Virus record (IMG/VR): IMGVR_UViG_3300032092_003271
Span: 1-64,000 of that record
Source of the DNA: a virus
DNA length: 64,000 nucleotides
Reading direction: 5' to 3' (one strand)
Below, piece by piece: positions 1 through 9,744 of the stretch (its first letter is position 1; every line of letters starts with the position of its first letter). The position numbers and the translations under genes were made by a program. The notes beneath the pieces were generated by a model, which was not told the origin of the DNA, did no database searches, and saw only the letters and a list, made by a program, of their open reading frames with translations.

Positions 1-4
1 TGTA

Positions 5-367
5 ATGGATAATGAAATGTTCCAATCCCAATCCTGTGAAAAATTAGTTAATTTAATTGATGAATATATAGAAAAGGCTCAAGAAGAATTTTCTCCTGAA
101 TACTCAAAAACTATGGATAAACTTAGTGCGTTAGGTCTTTTTAGTACTAGTGGTGTAAAAATACCAGGTCAAACAAATATGTTTATCAGAGTTGAGGAAG
201 TTGATCCTGAAACTTTGAAAGTAAAATACGTAGTTGGTAGAAATTCTTACTTTGGAGACCGTCAGTATGGTTTATCAACTCCTGATGAAGTAATTACAAT
301 GGCAACTCAGCCAGGTCTATTTAAACCAACTGAGTTTAGAATTGCTCCAGATCAATTGAAACGATAA
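5..367 (+). CDS. hypothetical protein, probably the C-terminal part of a gene starting before the window
   Basis: Frame is open to the window edge; converges on and overlaps the peptidase gene; no recognisable motif. Confidence 0.6.
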   Translation: MDNEMFQSQSCEKLVNLIDEYIEKAQEEFSPEYSKTMDKLSALGLFSTSGVKIPGQTNMFIRVEEVDPETLKVKYVVGRNSYFGDRQYGLSTPDEVITMATQPGLFKPTEFRIAPDQLKR

Positions 368-1377
368 CGTTCTTTTAGAATCTCGTACAACCTGTATCCA
401 TCCTCATCATCAATATAGAATTGATTTTCATCGTAGATATCTGCGATTATAAATCCATCTTTTTCCTCAATCACATCAATAGATGTTAGTTGGTGAATAT
501 CATCGTAGAATGGACTTTCATCATCAAACAAAGTTGTTGTAGTGGTTGTTGTTTTTGGTTCTGTCTTGAACTCGTATTTTTTCAAACCTAATTCTTTAAC
601 CATATTTTTTCCTGCAACAATCGCTCTCTCAACATCATCAATACAAACAAATTCATTTGCTGTGTGCATGTTATAGTAACCACAAGACATGTTGATACAA
701 GATAGGTCAGATAGTTGTTTAATCATCATGATATCTGTGTATGGATGACTCTGAACCATCATCTCATTTTTAAACCCACCTGTAATTGCTCGTAAAGAAA
801 GATCAAAGAACTCACCATCTTTATCAAACAATACAGTTCCCATACAACTGTAAGAAATTAAGTGATCACCAGGTGCATCGTATTGTGTACAATAACCAAC
901 ATCTTTTAAAAACTCTTTATCTACCAATTTTGATCCATGACAACCTGTTTCTTCTGATACAAAAAAAGCAACTTTGACTTTATCTAATTGACGAAGTAAT
1001 TCTAAACAAATGTAGATACCACATTTGTCATCACCACCAATACCTGTTGGTCTGCCGTCTTTATCGTACGCCTTTAAACATAATACTTGTTCTGAACCAA
1101 AGTCTTTTCCAAAAGTGTAAGGACGAAGAAGATATTCTTCTTTTACATCAATAAGGTCAACAAGTTCGTGAACTGTATCAGTGTGAGAAATAAACATTGG
1201 GTAAAATTCTCCTTCACCCAATGTTCCTTTAACTGCGTATATGTTATTATGTTCGTCACAAGTAAGAGTAACCCCATCCATATCCCCAATGGTAGAAATC
1301 AGATATTCTACCATCTTACTTTCCTTATAGGTCTTAGTAGGGACAGATAAGAGTTCTTTAAATTTATTTAGATCCAT
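352..1377 (-). CDS. M20/M28/M42-type zinc metallopeptidase
   Basis: SHTDTVH, GGDDKCG, SEETG, D-APG and C-terminal YNMHT metal-ligand motifs. Confidence 0.85.
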   Translation of the reverse strand: MDLNKFKELLSVPTKTYKESKMVEYLISTIGDMDGVTLTCDEHNNIYAVKGTLGEGEFYPMFISHTDTVHELVDLIDVKEEYLLRPYTFGKDFGSEQVLCLKAYDKDGRPTGIGGDDKCGIYICLELLRQLDKVKVAFFVSEETGCHGSKLVDKEFLKDVGYCTQYDAPGDHLISYSCMGTVLFDKDGEFFDLSLRAITGGFKNEMMVQSHPYTDIMMIKQLSDLSCINMSCGYYNMHTANEFVCIDDVERAIVAGKNMVKELGLKKYEFKTEPKTTTTTTTLFDDESPFYDDIHQLTSIDVIEEKDGFIIADIYDENQFYIDDEDGYRLYEILKERYRFN

Positions 1378-1392
1378 TTCAAATTGTTTCTA

Positions 1393-1400
1393 CAAAAGTA
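1393..1400 (-). promoter_or_regulatory. Bacteroidota sigma-A type -7 box (TACTTTTG) upstream of the peptidase
   Basis: Matches the TAnnTTTG consensus 15 nt upstream of the start; the box at 21736 has the same TTTGTAG context. Confidence 0.5.
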
Positions 1401-1424
1401 ATTGATTAATTGTTAATAAAAAAA

Positions 1425-3464
1425 TTAATCTTTCTTTTTTCTTGTTTTTTTGACTTTTTCTTCTTTATCAGAAACAATAACCTCATCATTTTCAACCTTC
1501 AAGATATAATCTTTGTTTTCTTCAATCTCCATCATTAGGATTTTTTCAGAAATTAAATCCTCAATCTTATCTTGGATTGCTCTTTTGATTGGTCGAGCTC
1601 CGAATGTTTCATCAAATCCTACTTTGGAAATATAATCAATTAAATCTTGATCATAAGTAAAAATATATTTCTTTTCTAAGACTCTTTTTAGTAGTCGGTC
1701 AACCTCAAGTTTTGTAATTACATCAATATGTTTCTTTTCAAGTGAATTGAAGATAATTACATCATCGATACGATTTAAGAATTCAGGGGCAAAGAATTTA
1801 CTTAGTTCTTTTTTAAGAATTTCTCTTTTTTCCTCTTCTCTAACCGCGTCACTCTTACCTGTTTTAAATCCAACACCAGCACCAAAGTCTTGTAATCTTT
1901 TAACACCAATGTTAGAGGTCATAATAATCAAACAGTTCTTGAAATTGATTTTACGACCCAACGAATCCGTAATGTGTCCATCATCTAACAACTGTAAAAG
2001 TGTTGAGAAGATATCTTTATGTGCTTTCTCAATCTCATCAAACAACACAACTGAATAAGGTTTGTTTTTAACTTGTTCTGTTAATTGACCACCTTCATCG
2101 TGGCCTACATATCCCGGAGGAGAACCAATCAAACGAGAAATAGTATGTTTTTCTTGGTATTCACTCATGTCAACACGGATCATGTTATCTTCACTCCCAA
2201 AGATCTCTTTTGCCAACTGTTTTGCCAAGTATGTTTTACCTACACCTGTAGATCCTAAGAAAATAAATGAACCGATTGGTTTATTTGGATCCTTAATACC
2301 CATTCTATTTCTACGGATTGCCTTTGTAATCTTTAACACCGCTTCTTCTTGACCAATAACTTTTGAACTTAGATTATCTGTCAAGTTGATAAGGTTATTT
2401 CTTTCATCAAGGTTGATGTTTGAAATTGGAATTTTAGTCATGTTTGAAACTACCTCATAAACCAATTCTTCAGGGATAGTTCTTTTACTACTTCTAAGGT
2501 GATCCTCAAACTTTTTCTTTTCTTCCTCAAGTTTTGCAATCACACCTCTTTCACGATCACGAAGTTCCGCGGCTTGTTCGTAATCTTGTTTTTTGATTAC
2601 GTTTATTTTCTCTTGTTTAATTTTGTTGGCTTCATCTTTTAGGTTCTCAATAACCTCAGGAAGTTTAATGTCAATTTGCATTCTTGCACCAACCTCATCC
2701 AAGATATCAAAAGCTTTGTCAGGAAACTCACGATCTGTAATATAACGATCCGCCAACTCAACAAATGTCCATAATGTTTCATCATCATAAGTCACTTTGT
2801 GGTGATCCTCATACTTTTCTTTACTCATCTTCAAAATCTCGAATGTTTCCTCTTTTGAAGAAGGATCAACCACAACTTTTTGGAACCTTCTTTCTAACGC
2901 ACCATCTTTCTCAAAGTTTGTTCGGTACTCATCTAAAGTAGTTGCACCGATACACTGAATCTCACCTCGAGAAAGTGCTGGTTTGAGGATATTTGATGCA
3001 TCTAATGAACCTGAACTGTTACCCGCACCTACGATTGTGTGAATTTCATCAATAAACAAAATGATGTTTGGAGCCACCTGAAGTTCCTCAATAATCACCT
3101 TCATCCGTTCTTCAAATTGACCACGATACTTTGTTCCTGCAACCAAAGAATTCATATCTAAAGAAACAATTCTTTTATCCATTAAATTCTTAGGACATTC
3201 ACCATCATGAATCATCATTGCAAGACCTTCAACAATAGCAGTTTTTCCTGCACCTGGTTCACCAATAATAATTGGGTTATTTTTCTTTCTTCGAGATAAA
3301 ATCTGAGCAATCCTTAGGATTTCTTTTTTTCTACCAACCACAGGGTCTAATTTACCCTCCTGTGCTAATTTGTTTAAGTCCTTGCTGAAATTATCTAACA
3401 CAGGTGTTCCTGAATCAGACTTTTTTTTCGCTTTATCATTTCCTTCATCCATAAATTCTAACAT
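1425..3464 (-). CDS. clpC: ClpC-like AAA+ unfoldase lacking the N-terminal Clp-repeat domain
   Basis: Two AAA modules (GEPGAGKT/FIDEIH; GSTGVGKT/FDEIEK), KYRGQFEER and GYVG pore loops, UVR-type M domain (YEQAAELRDRE), VGF ClpP-docking loop. Confidence 0.93.
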   Translation of the reverse strand: MLEFMDEGNDKAKKKSDSGTPVLDNFSKDLNKLAQEGKLDPVVGRKKEILRIAQILSRRKKNNPIIIGEPGAGKTAIVEGLAMMIHDGECPKNLMDKRIVSLDMNSLVAGTKYRGQFEERMKVIIEELQVAPNIILFIDEIHTIVGAGNSSGSLDASNILKPALSRGEIQCIGATTLDEYRTNFEKDGALERRFQKVVVDPSSKEETFEILKMSKEKYEDHHKVTYDDETLWTFVELADRYITDREFPDKAFDILDEVGARMQIDIKLPEVIENLKDEANKIKQEKINVIKKQDYEQAAELRDRERGVIAKLEEEKKKFEDHLRSSKRTIPEELVYEVVSNMTKIPISNINLDERNNLINLTDNLSSKVIGQEEAVLKITKAIRRNRMGIKDPNKPIGSFIFLGSTGVGKTYLAKQLAKEIFGSEDNMIRVDMSEYQEKHTISRLIGSPPGYVGHDEGGQLTEQVKNKPYSVVLFDEIEKAHKDIFSTLLQLLDDGHITDSLGRKINFKNCLIIMTSNIGVKRLQDFGAGVGFKTGKSDAVREEEKREILKKELSKFFAPEFLNRIDDVIIFNSLEKKHIDVITKLEVDRLLKRVLEKKYIFTYDQDLIDYISKVGFDETFGARPIKRAIQDKIEDLISEKILMMEIEENKDYILKVENDEVIVSDKEEKVKKTRKKKD

Positions 3465-3527
3465 ACTTCTATTGTTTTACATTCAAAAACTAATAAATAA
3501 ATTTAGAAAAGTCCAATATTGTTATTT

Positions 3528-3588
3528 TGTCAGTATAAAAAAAAATATACTGACATATTGACAGGTTTTATGGAATGGCATATATTTG
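3528..3588 (+). promoter_or_regulatory. Perfect 10-bp inverted repeat plus TATATTTG box in the divergent clpC/dnaK spacer
   Basis: TGTCAGTATA-A8-TATACTGACA at 3528-3555; TGGCATATATTTG at 3576-3588 contains TAnnTTTG. Confidence 0.5.
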
Positions 3589-3633
3589 GTAAAAAATGTG
3601 AAAAAATAAACATAAAAATAAAATGATTAAAAA

Positions 3634-5490
3634 ATGGGAAAAATAATTGGAATTGACTTGGGAACGACTAACTCGTGTGTTGCTGTAATGGAAGGAAAGG
3701 AAGCGGTAGTTATTGCAAACAGTGAAGGAAAAAGAACCACACCATCTATTATAGGATTTGTTAAAGAGGGTGAAAGAAAAATTGGGGACCCTGCCAAAAG
3801 ACAGGCCGTAACAAATCCTGATAAAACAATTTACTCGATTAAAAGATTTATGGGATCTTCTTTTGATGAAATTAAAAACGAAACATCAAAGGTCCCTTAC
3901 AAGGTAGTTAAAGAAAATAACTCACCAAAAGTTCAAATTAATGATAGAACTTATTCACCACAAGAACTCTCAGCCGCAATTCTTCAAAAAATGAAACAAA
4001 CCGCCGAAGACTATTTGGGTCAATCGGTTACGGAAGCAGTTATTACTGTTCCTGCGTATTTTAATGATGCACAAAGACAAGCAACTAAAGAAGCTGGTGA
4101 AATTGCAGGACTTACAGTAAAAAGAATTATCAACGAACCAACCGCAGCTGCTTTAGCTTATGGTCTTGATAAAATGTCTAAAGATATGAAAATCGTAGTA
4201 TTCGACTGTGGTGGTGGAACTCATGATGTTTCCGTATTAGAACTTGGTGACGGTGTATTTGAAGTATTATCAACTGACGGAGATAGTCATTTAGGTGGTG
4301 ACGACTTTGACCAAGCACTAATCGATTATTTAGTATCGGAATTCAAAAAAGAAAATGGAATGGACATATCTAAAGATCCTATGGCACTCCAAAGACTTCG
4401 TGAGGCCTCTGAGAAAGCTAAAATTGAATTATCTTCTTCACCTCAAACTGAAATCAACTTACCGTATGTAACAGCAGATTCCACAGGACCAAAACACTTG
4501 GTAATGACTATTACAAAATCTAAATTTGATCAATTAACACAATCTTTGGTAAATAGAACAATTGAACCTTGTAAAAGAGCAATGTCTAACGCAAATCTTA
4601 CTGTTGGTGAGATTGACGAGATTATTTTAGTTGGTGGATCCACTCGTATTCCTGCGGTTCAAGAAGCGGTTAAAAACTTCTTTGGTAAAGAACCATCAAA
4701 AGGCGTAAATCCTGACGAAGTAGTTGCTTTAGGTGCGGCGATCCAAGGTGGTGTTTTAGCTGGTGATGTAACAGACGTATTGTTGTTAGACGTAACTCCA
4801 CTTTCATTAGGTATTGAAACTATGGGTGGTGTGTTTACAAAATTGATAAGTGCAAATACAACAATTCCAACAAAAAAATCAGAAACATTCTCAACAGCCG
4901 CAGATAATCAACCAACAGTAGAAATCCATGTTTTACAAGGTGAAAGAGCGATGGCAAGAGATAACAGAACTATTGGTAAATTCCACCTTGATGGATTACC
5001 ACCAGCAAGAAGAGGAACTCCTCAAATTGAGGTAACTTTTGATATCGATGCAAATGGTATTATTAATGTATCTGCGGTTGACAAAGCAACTAACAAACAA
5101 CAATCAATCCGAATTGAATCATCTTCAGGTCTATCAAAAGAAGAAGTTGAGAGAATGAAACAAGAAGCTGAAATGAATGCTGAATCCGATAAAAAATTGA
5201 AAGAGGAAGTTGATACTTTGAACTCGGCAGATTCATTAATTTTCCAAGTTGGTAAATCTATGGAAGATCTTGAAGGTAAAATCACCGAAGATGAAAAAAC
5301 TGAAATCAACTCATCAATTGATAAATTAAAATCCGCTTACGACAAGAAAGAAATTTCAGAAGTAAAAGTTTTAATGGAAGAGGTTAATAAAAAATTCCAA
5401 ACCATAAGTCAGAAGTTGTATGAACAAACAAACAACGCTGAAGTAACAGAAGAAGACTTTGCAAACGTAGAGTTCGAGGAAGTGAAATAA
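3634..5490 (+). CDS. dnaK: Hsp70 chaperone DnaK
   Basis: [48 protein letters not shown]; C-terminal VEFEEVK as in Bacteroidota DnaK. Confidence 0.98.
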   Translation: MGKIIGIDLGTTNSCVAVMEGKEAVVIANSEGKRTTPSIIGFVKEGERKIGDPAKRQAVTNPDKTIYSIKRFMGSSFDEIKNETSKVPYKVVKENNSPKVQINDRTYSPQELSAAILQKMKQTAEDYLGQSVTEAVITVPAYFNDAQRQATKEAGEIAGLTVKRIINEPTAAALAYGLDKMSKDMKIVVFDCGGGTHDVSVLELGDGVFEVLSTDGDSHLGGDDFDQALIDYLVSEFKKENGMDISKDPMALQRLREASEKAKIELSSSPQTEINLPYVTADSTGPKHLVMTITKSKFDQLTQSLVNRTIEPCKRAMSNANLTVGEIDEIILVGGSTRIPAVQEAVKNFFGKEPSKGVNPDEVVALGAAIQGGVLAGDVTDVLLLDVTPLSLGIETMGGVFTKLISANTTIPTKKSETFSTAADNQPTVEIHVLQGERAMARDNRTIGKFHLDGLPPARRGTPQIEVTFDIDANGIINVSAVDKATNKQQSIRIESSSGLSKEEVERMKQEAEMNAESDKKLKEEVDTLNSADSLIFQVGKSMEDLEGKITEDEKTEINSSIDKLKSAYDKKEISEVKVLMEEVNKKFQTISQKLYEQTNNAEVTEEDFANVEFEEVK

Positions 5491-5511
5491 TCTCTTAAAT
5501 TTTAAAGTTAG

Positions 5512-5542
5512 AAATCCACCTTCGGGTGGATTTTTTTTTTTT
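5512..5542 (+). terminator. Rho-independent terminator after dnaK
   Basis: AAATCCACC-TTCG-GGTGGATTT stem with cUUCGg loop and a T12 run. Confidence 0.92.
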
Positions 5543-5546
5543 CGTA

Positions 5547-5553
5547 TATTTAT
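5547..5553 (+). promoter_or_regulatory. TATTTAT element (putative late promoter)
   Basis: Recurrent strand-specific motif, 4 nt before ATG 5558, directly after a terminator. Confidence 0.65.
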
Positions 5554-5557
5554 AGCT

Positions 5558-5869
5558 ATGGAGTCATGGAGAAAATTTGCAGAATCTTTGGAACTAACAA
5601 AAGAGTTAGAAAAAACTTATTTAAAAATTAGAAAATTTTTTCAAAAAGAAGGGTGGACACAAAAGGATATTGAAAAACCTCCGTATTATCCTGAAGAATT
5701 AATGTTTTATCACAGAAGCATCCAACCATTGATTCGGGAAATAGACCAAACAATTAGAGATTATGGTTTTGATGTTGACGGAACCGAAGTTGGTTATTAT
5801 ATTATGGATAAACTTCGTCATATCGATGACATAACCCCACTAACAAAACCAAATGGCGATAACAAGTGA
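5558..5869 (+). CDS. hypothetical protein
   Basis: 103-aa ORF preceded by TATTTAT. Confidence 0.75.
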   Translation: MESWRKFAESLELTKELEKTYLKIRKFFQKEGWTQKDIEKPPYYPEELMFYHRSIQPLIREIDQTIRDYGFDVDGTEVGYYIMDKLRHIDDITPLTKPNGDNK

Positions 5870-6095
5870 ATTAATTAGCGGAACTACAATTTTAAATGAA
5901 GTTCAATCATCAAATATTGTTAGAACACAATATGATACAATAACCAAAAAAATGATTGCTGAGTTTAAAAACGGATCAAGATATGAGTACAGTGATGTAC
6001 CACATCAAACGTACACTCAATTTAGGATGGCAGAATCTCAAGGAAACTTCTTTAACAAAAATATTTCCAAAGCCCATACATATAAGAAACTATAA
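5853..6095 (+). CDS. KTSC-domain protein
   Basis: V.SSNI...YD.....L/M..EFKNG..YEY.DVP...Y..F..AES.G.FFN.NI pattern. Confidence 0.9.
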   Translation: MAITSELISGTTILNEVQSSNIVRTQYDTITKKMIAEFKNGSRYEYSDVPHQTYTQFRMAESQGNFFNKNISKAHTYKKL

Positions 6096-6103
6096 TTAGA
6101 AAG

Positions 6104-6110
6104 TATTTAT
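6104..6110 (+). promoter_or_regulatory. TATTTAT element (putative late promoter)
   Basis: 4 nt before ATG 6115. Confidence 0.65.
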
Positions 6111-6114
6111 CTGT

Positions 6115-6852
6115 ATGGATACTTCAGAAATTATAAAAAGTTTTGAATCTCAAGACAATCTTAATCCTAAAATTTGGGAGAAGGAAGGTAAGTCATACAT
6201 GATGAGACCTGAAGTAAGAGAGAAACTTTTAGAAACCGCAAATGTCTTTATAGATTTTTTAGGTGTTGATGTAATTGTGACCGATATAATTATGATCGGA
6301 TCATTAGTCAATTACAATTGGTCAAAGTTTTCAGATATAGATTTACATATAGTGGTAAATTATAATCAATTCCCAAACAACTCACAAGAATTATACGTTG
6401 AATTTTTTGATTTAAAAAAAATAATATTTAATGATCGACACAATATAAAATTATTTGGGTACGATGTCGAATGTTTCGTTCAAAGCGAAAGTGAGACAAC
6501 TTTTAGTAGTGGTATATATTCTGTTCTGTATGATATGTGGGTTAACGAACCAAAAAAATCTGAAAACAAAAACATTGATATTGATCTTCTTAAGGAAAAG
6601 GCAAATCAATGGATGAGAATTATTGATGGTGTAGTTGATAATATCGGCGACGAGGATCCTGATGAGATCAAACGTTTGGTTAAAAAATACAAAGAAAAAT
6701 TAAAGAAATTCAGAAGTTGTGGACTTGAAAAAAACGGAGAGATGTCCTTAGAAAATTTAGTATTCAAATTACTAAGAAGAAATGGGTACATTGAAAAGTT
6801 ATACGAATTGCCAACGGATCTTATAGACAAAAAATTGTCGATGAAACAATAA
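6115..6852 (+). CDS. Pol-beta superfamily nucleotidyltransferase
   Basis: GS-x9-SDIDLHI catalytic motif (IGSLVNYNWSKFSDIDLHI) and a downstream VECFVQ strand. Confidence 0.8.
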   Translation: MDTSEIIKSFESQDNLNPKIWEKEGKSYMMRPEVREKLLETANVFIDFLGVDVIVTDIIMIGSLVNYNWSKFSDIDLHIVVNYNQFPNNSQELYVEFFDLKKIIFNDRHNIKLFGYDVECFVQSESETTFSSGIYSVLYDMWVNEPKKSENKNIDIDLLKEKANQWMRIIDGVVDNIGDEDPDEIKRLVKKYKEKLKKFRSCGLEKNGEMSLENLVFKLLRRNGYIEKLYELPTDLIDKKLSMKQ

Positions 6853-6928
6853 AAATCCGTAATTAAAAATAATTACGTTTATCGATATATTTATTAAGAA
6901 AAAATAATTTACATTAAATAACACAAAT

Positions 6929-8455
6929 ATGGCAGGACTTAGACCTATTGGAAGTGAAAAACTTGAGGGAATGGATAAAATCAGACGAATAATGGAAATT
7001 GCTCGTTACAATGAAAATATTCCTCAATCAGTAAATGAGACAAAGTCATCCGAATATAGAATAAATTTGGCTGATGGTAACACATATGAAATTGCTAAAG
7101 AAAGACAAGGTTATATTATCAAAAAATCTATCAATGAATCTGAGTTCGACTATATTGAACCAATGAAAGGTAGAAAATATTACCAATCTTACTCTCAGGC
7201 TTTAAAACGTCTTAACTTGATAACAAAAGAAGTTAATACCCTTTTTGAAAACGAAGAAGGTACTCCCCTAATCGGAGAGCAAAAAAAAAAGTTCATATTA
7301 AAAACTAAAAAACCTAAAGCGGCAGCACCTGATGCAGGGGCAGCTTTACCACCATCACCCGATGCTGGGGCAGCTTTACCACCATCACCCGATGCTGGGG
7401 CTGAATTACCTCCGGCACCTGATGCAGGAGCCGAATTACCACCAGCTCCAGATGCAGGAGCAGAATTACCACCGGTACCTGAAGAAGGAGGTGGTGAATT
7501 ACCTCCATCCCCTGAAGAAGGAGGAGAAATGCCACCGGCACCTGAAGGAGAAGAAGGTGAAATGCCACCGGCACCTGAAGGAGAAGAAGGCGAAGAAGAA
7601 CTAGAAATTGACGTTGAGAAAAAACCAAAAGAAAAGAAAGTTTCAGACCTTAAAAGAATACAAATCCTTGTTGGTAAGTTAGCACAAAAAATTAGATCTT
7701 ATGAGGAAGAAAAAGAACTTTCTTCTCAAAACGTTAAATACGTAATCAATTCAATTTTATCGGCACTTGATGTTGACGTTTTAGATGAGGACGATATTGA
7801 AGAAATCATTTCAAAATTAGAAGGTGGTGATGAAGATGAAGAAAGTGGTGATGAAGAAATGGATGTGGAAGCTGAAGTTGAGGGTTATGAGGCAGAACAA
7901 GAAATGGTTCCTCCTCCACCGTCACCTGAAGGTGAAGAAGAAATACCATCACCTGAAATGGCCGAAGAATATGAAAGTTATGGCGACGCCTTCAGAGATT
8001 ATTTACCTGCAGCTTATGGTAATGTAGCAATGAGAGGTATGACAGGTGAACAAACAGAAGATTATGAAGATGACTATGATGTTATTGATTTTGAAGAAAT
8101 AGATGAAGAGGATTACGCATCAAAAAGCAGAAGAAAAAGACATTTTTATCCTGACACAGATACTTTTACACACGGAACTTTTGGTGAATCATCAGTAGAT
8201 AAGGTCTTAAGTAGATATTTTACAATTTCAGAAGAAGAAGTAAAAAAACAAGGTTTGAAATCTAATAAAAATTACCAACTGAATAAAAAGAACATTATAA
8301 GACTTTCTGAAACTGTGGATCAAATGGATTCAGCTCTTGAATTTATTTCGGAAAACCCAAGGGTAGAACTTATCGGTTTGTCCGAAAAGAAAAATCTAAT
8401 TTTCAAACAAGGAATTAATGAAGTTAAAATAACAAGAACTGGAAATATTTTATGA
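6929..8455 (+). CDS. acidic Pro/Glu-rich protein, probably head-assembly or prohead-core related
   Basis: 508 aa with a low-complexity linker and many (I/L/V)xE sites; TATTTAT at 6888-6894; lies upstream of terminase. Confidence 0.7.
   Translation: MAGLRPIGSEKLEGMDKIRRIMEIARYNENIPQSVNETKSSEYRINLADGNTYEIAKERQGYIIKKSINESEFDYIEPMKGRKYYQSYSQALKRLNLITKEVNTLFENEEGTPLIGEQKKKFILKTKKPKAAAPDAGAALPPSPDAGAALPPSPDAGAELPPAPDAGAELPPAPDAGAELPPVPEEGGGELPPSPEEGGEMPPAPEGEEGEMPPAPEGEEGEEELEIDVEKKPKEKKVSDLKRIQILVGKLAQKIRSYEEEKELSSQNVKYVINSILSALDVDVLDEDDIEEIISKLEGGDEDEESGDEEMDVEAEVEGYEAEQEMVPPPPSPEGEEEIPSPEMAEEYESYGDAFRDYLPAAYGNVAMRGMTGEQTEDYEDDYDVIDFEEIDEEDYASKSRRKRHFYPDTDTFTHGTFGESSVDKVLSRYFTISEEEVKKQGLKSNKNYQLNKKNIIRLSETVDQMDSALEFISENPRVELIGLSEKKNLIFKQGINEVKITRTGNIL
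7328..7590 (+). repeat. degenerate ~30-bp coding tandem repeat (PDAGAELPPA / PEEGGELPPS)
   Basis: About 8-9 units, e.g. gatgctggggcagctttaccaccatcaccc. Confidence 0.9.
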
Positions 8456-8859
8456 ATCGATTAATCTATATTAATGGTTTAGGTCCCAACTATAAAGGGG
8501 ATAATATTTATGAATTTATTTTTTCTGACACTTTAGAAGTATTTGGAGAAAATTGGGAATCTAAGCCGGCGAATGGATACCCTTCACCACCTGACTTAGA
8601 GTATATTAAAAAAGTTGGTACATTGAGTAATGAAGAGGTAACATTTGAATTGGCTCAAGATTCTGATGTATTTTCAGTTATTGATTCAATGGACGGAGTA
8701 ATCGCTTTAGGGTGGGAAAAAGAAACTGATAATGTTGATTTTTCTATTGTTAAAAGATTGGTTTTCCAATTTGGGGAAACCGAAGAATCTGTTAAAAACA
8801 AACTATATGAAAGAGATATAGTATTACAATTCGAAAAAGAAGTTGTATATGAAAACTAA
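8452..8859 (+). CDS. hypothetical protein
   Basis: 135-aa ORF with ATGA overlap with the upstream gene. Confidence 0.8.
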   Translation: MNRLIYINGLGPNYKGDNIYEFIFSDTLEVFGENWESKPANGYPSPPDLEYIKKVGTLSNEEVTFELAQDSDVFSVIDSMDGVIALGWEKETDNVDFSIVKRLVFQFGETEESVKNKLYERDIVLQFEKEVVYEN

Positions 8860-9706
8860 TAACAAAACAAAATTTTTAATAGAAAATGGTCTTTCATCAA
8901 AGACCGTATCAGTAATGACTGAATCTCAGATAAATCTTCTTTTTGAGAAATTTAAAAAAATGAAAAAAGAAGAAAATAAAGAGCAAGTACAACAAGTCCA
9001 AACAACTAAAACTATTGTTGGTCCTGAAGGTGGTAGTGTTGCTGTAAAACCTGGACAAACAAAAGTTAGTTTAAAACCAGTACCAAACCAACCAGGTACG
9101 GTTGAAGTTATTGAAAAAGAGTTGTCTGAAGATGAGACTGATGATGTTACTTCTTCTAACGCATTAGGTAAAGATGCTGAACAATCATATACAGGTCAAG
9201 AATCACCACATGACGCTAATGATATGGCTGATGATGGTATGGATGACGATTCTTCAGATGATAGATCTAATATGGGTATGGCAGAATCAAAATTAAATGA
9301 AAAATTCGAATCAAAAGCACAACAAGGTTTATTTTGGGCTCGTTGTAACAAATGTTCAGATAAGAAATGTAAATGGTGTAAAATGGCTAAAGAATTTTCT
9401 GACTCAACGTCAAAAAAACAATACAAAAATATGCCAGAAAAAAAACACCCTGAAAAAACTGTTAAAAACAAAAAGAAAGAAACAAAAGAACAGTTTGAAA
9501 AATTTTTGGAAAAAAAAATATTAGAAATGGTAGATAATAACATCACCCCAAAAATGACTAAGAAAGATATTATTGAGACGGTTAAAAAAAAATCCAAAAA
9601 AATGAAGTCTATGATAATTCGTAGACCAAAAAAAGTCACAATGTTTTCCGCTGAGGCACCAATGGAACTACCTATAGGTAAAATGTTTTCTATTGGTAAA
9701 AAATAG
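8849..9706 (+). CDS. hypothetical protein with a SKAQQ..F motif and a CxxC-x4-CxxC cluster
   Basis: ATG 8849 preferred over TTG 8843; EKFESKAQQGLFWARCNKCSDKKCKWC. Confidence 0.75.
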   Translation: MKTNNKTKFLIENGLSSKTVSVMTESQINLLFEKFKKMKKEENKEQVQQVQTTKTIVGPEGGSVAVKPGQTKVSLKPVPNQPGTVEVIEKELSEDETDDVTSSNALGKDAEQSYTGQESPHDANDMADDGMDDDSSDDRSNMGMAESKLNEKFESKAQQGLFWARCNKCSDKKCKWCKMAKEFSDSTSKKQYKNMPEKKHPEKTVKNKKKETKEQFEKFLEKKILEMVDNNITPKMTKKDIIETVKKKSKKMKSMIIRRPKKVTMFSAEAPMELPIGKMFSIGKK

Positions 9707-9732
9707 TCTTTACAACAAAATCCCTAAATTGA

Positions 9733-9739
9733 TATTTAT
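9733..9739 (+). promoter_or_regulatory. TATTTAT element (putative late promoter) for terminase
   Basis: 5 nt before ATG 9745. Confidence 0.65.
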
Positions 9740-9744
9740 GTAAT

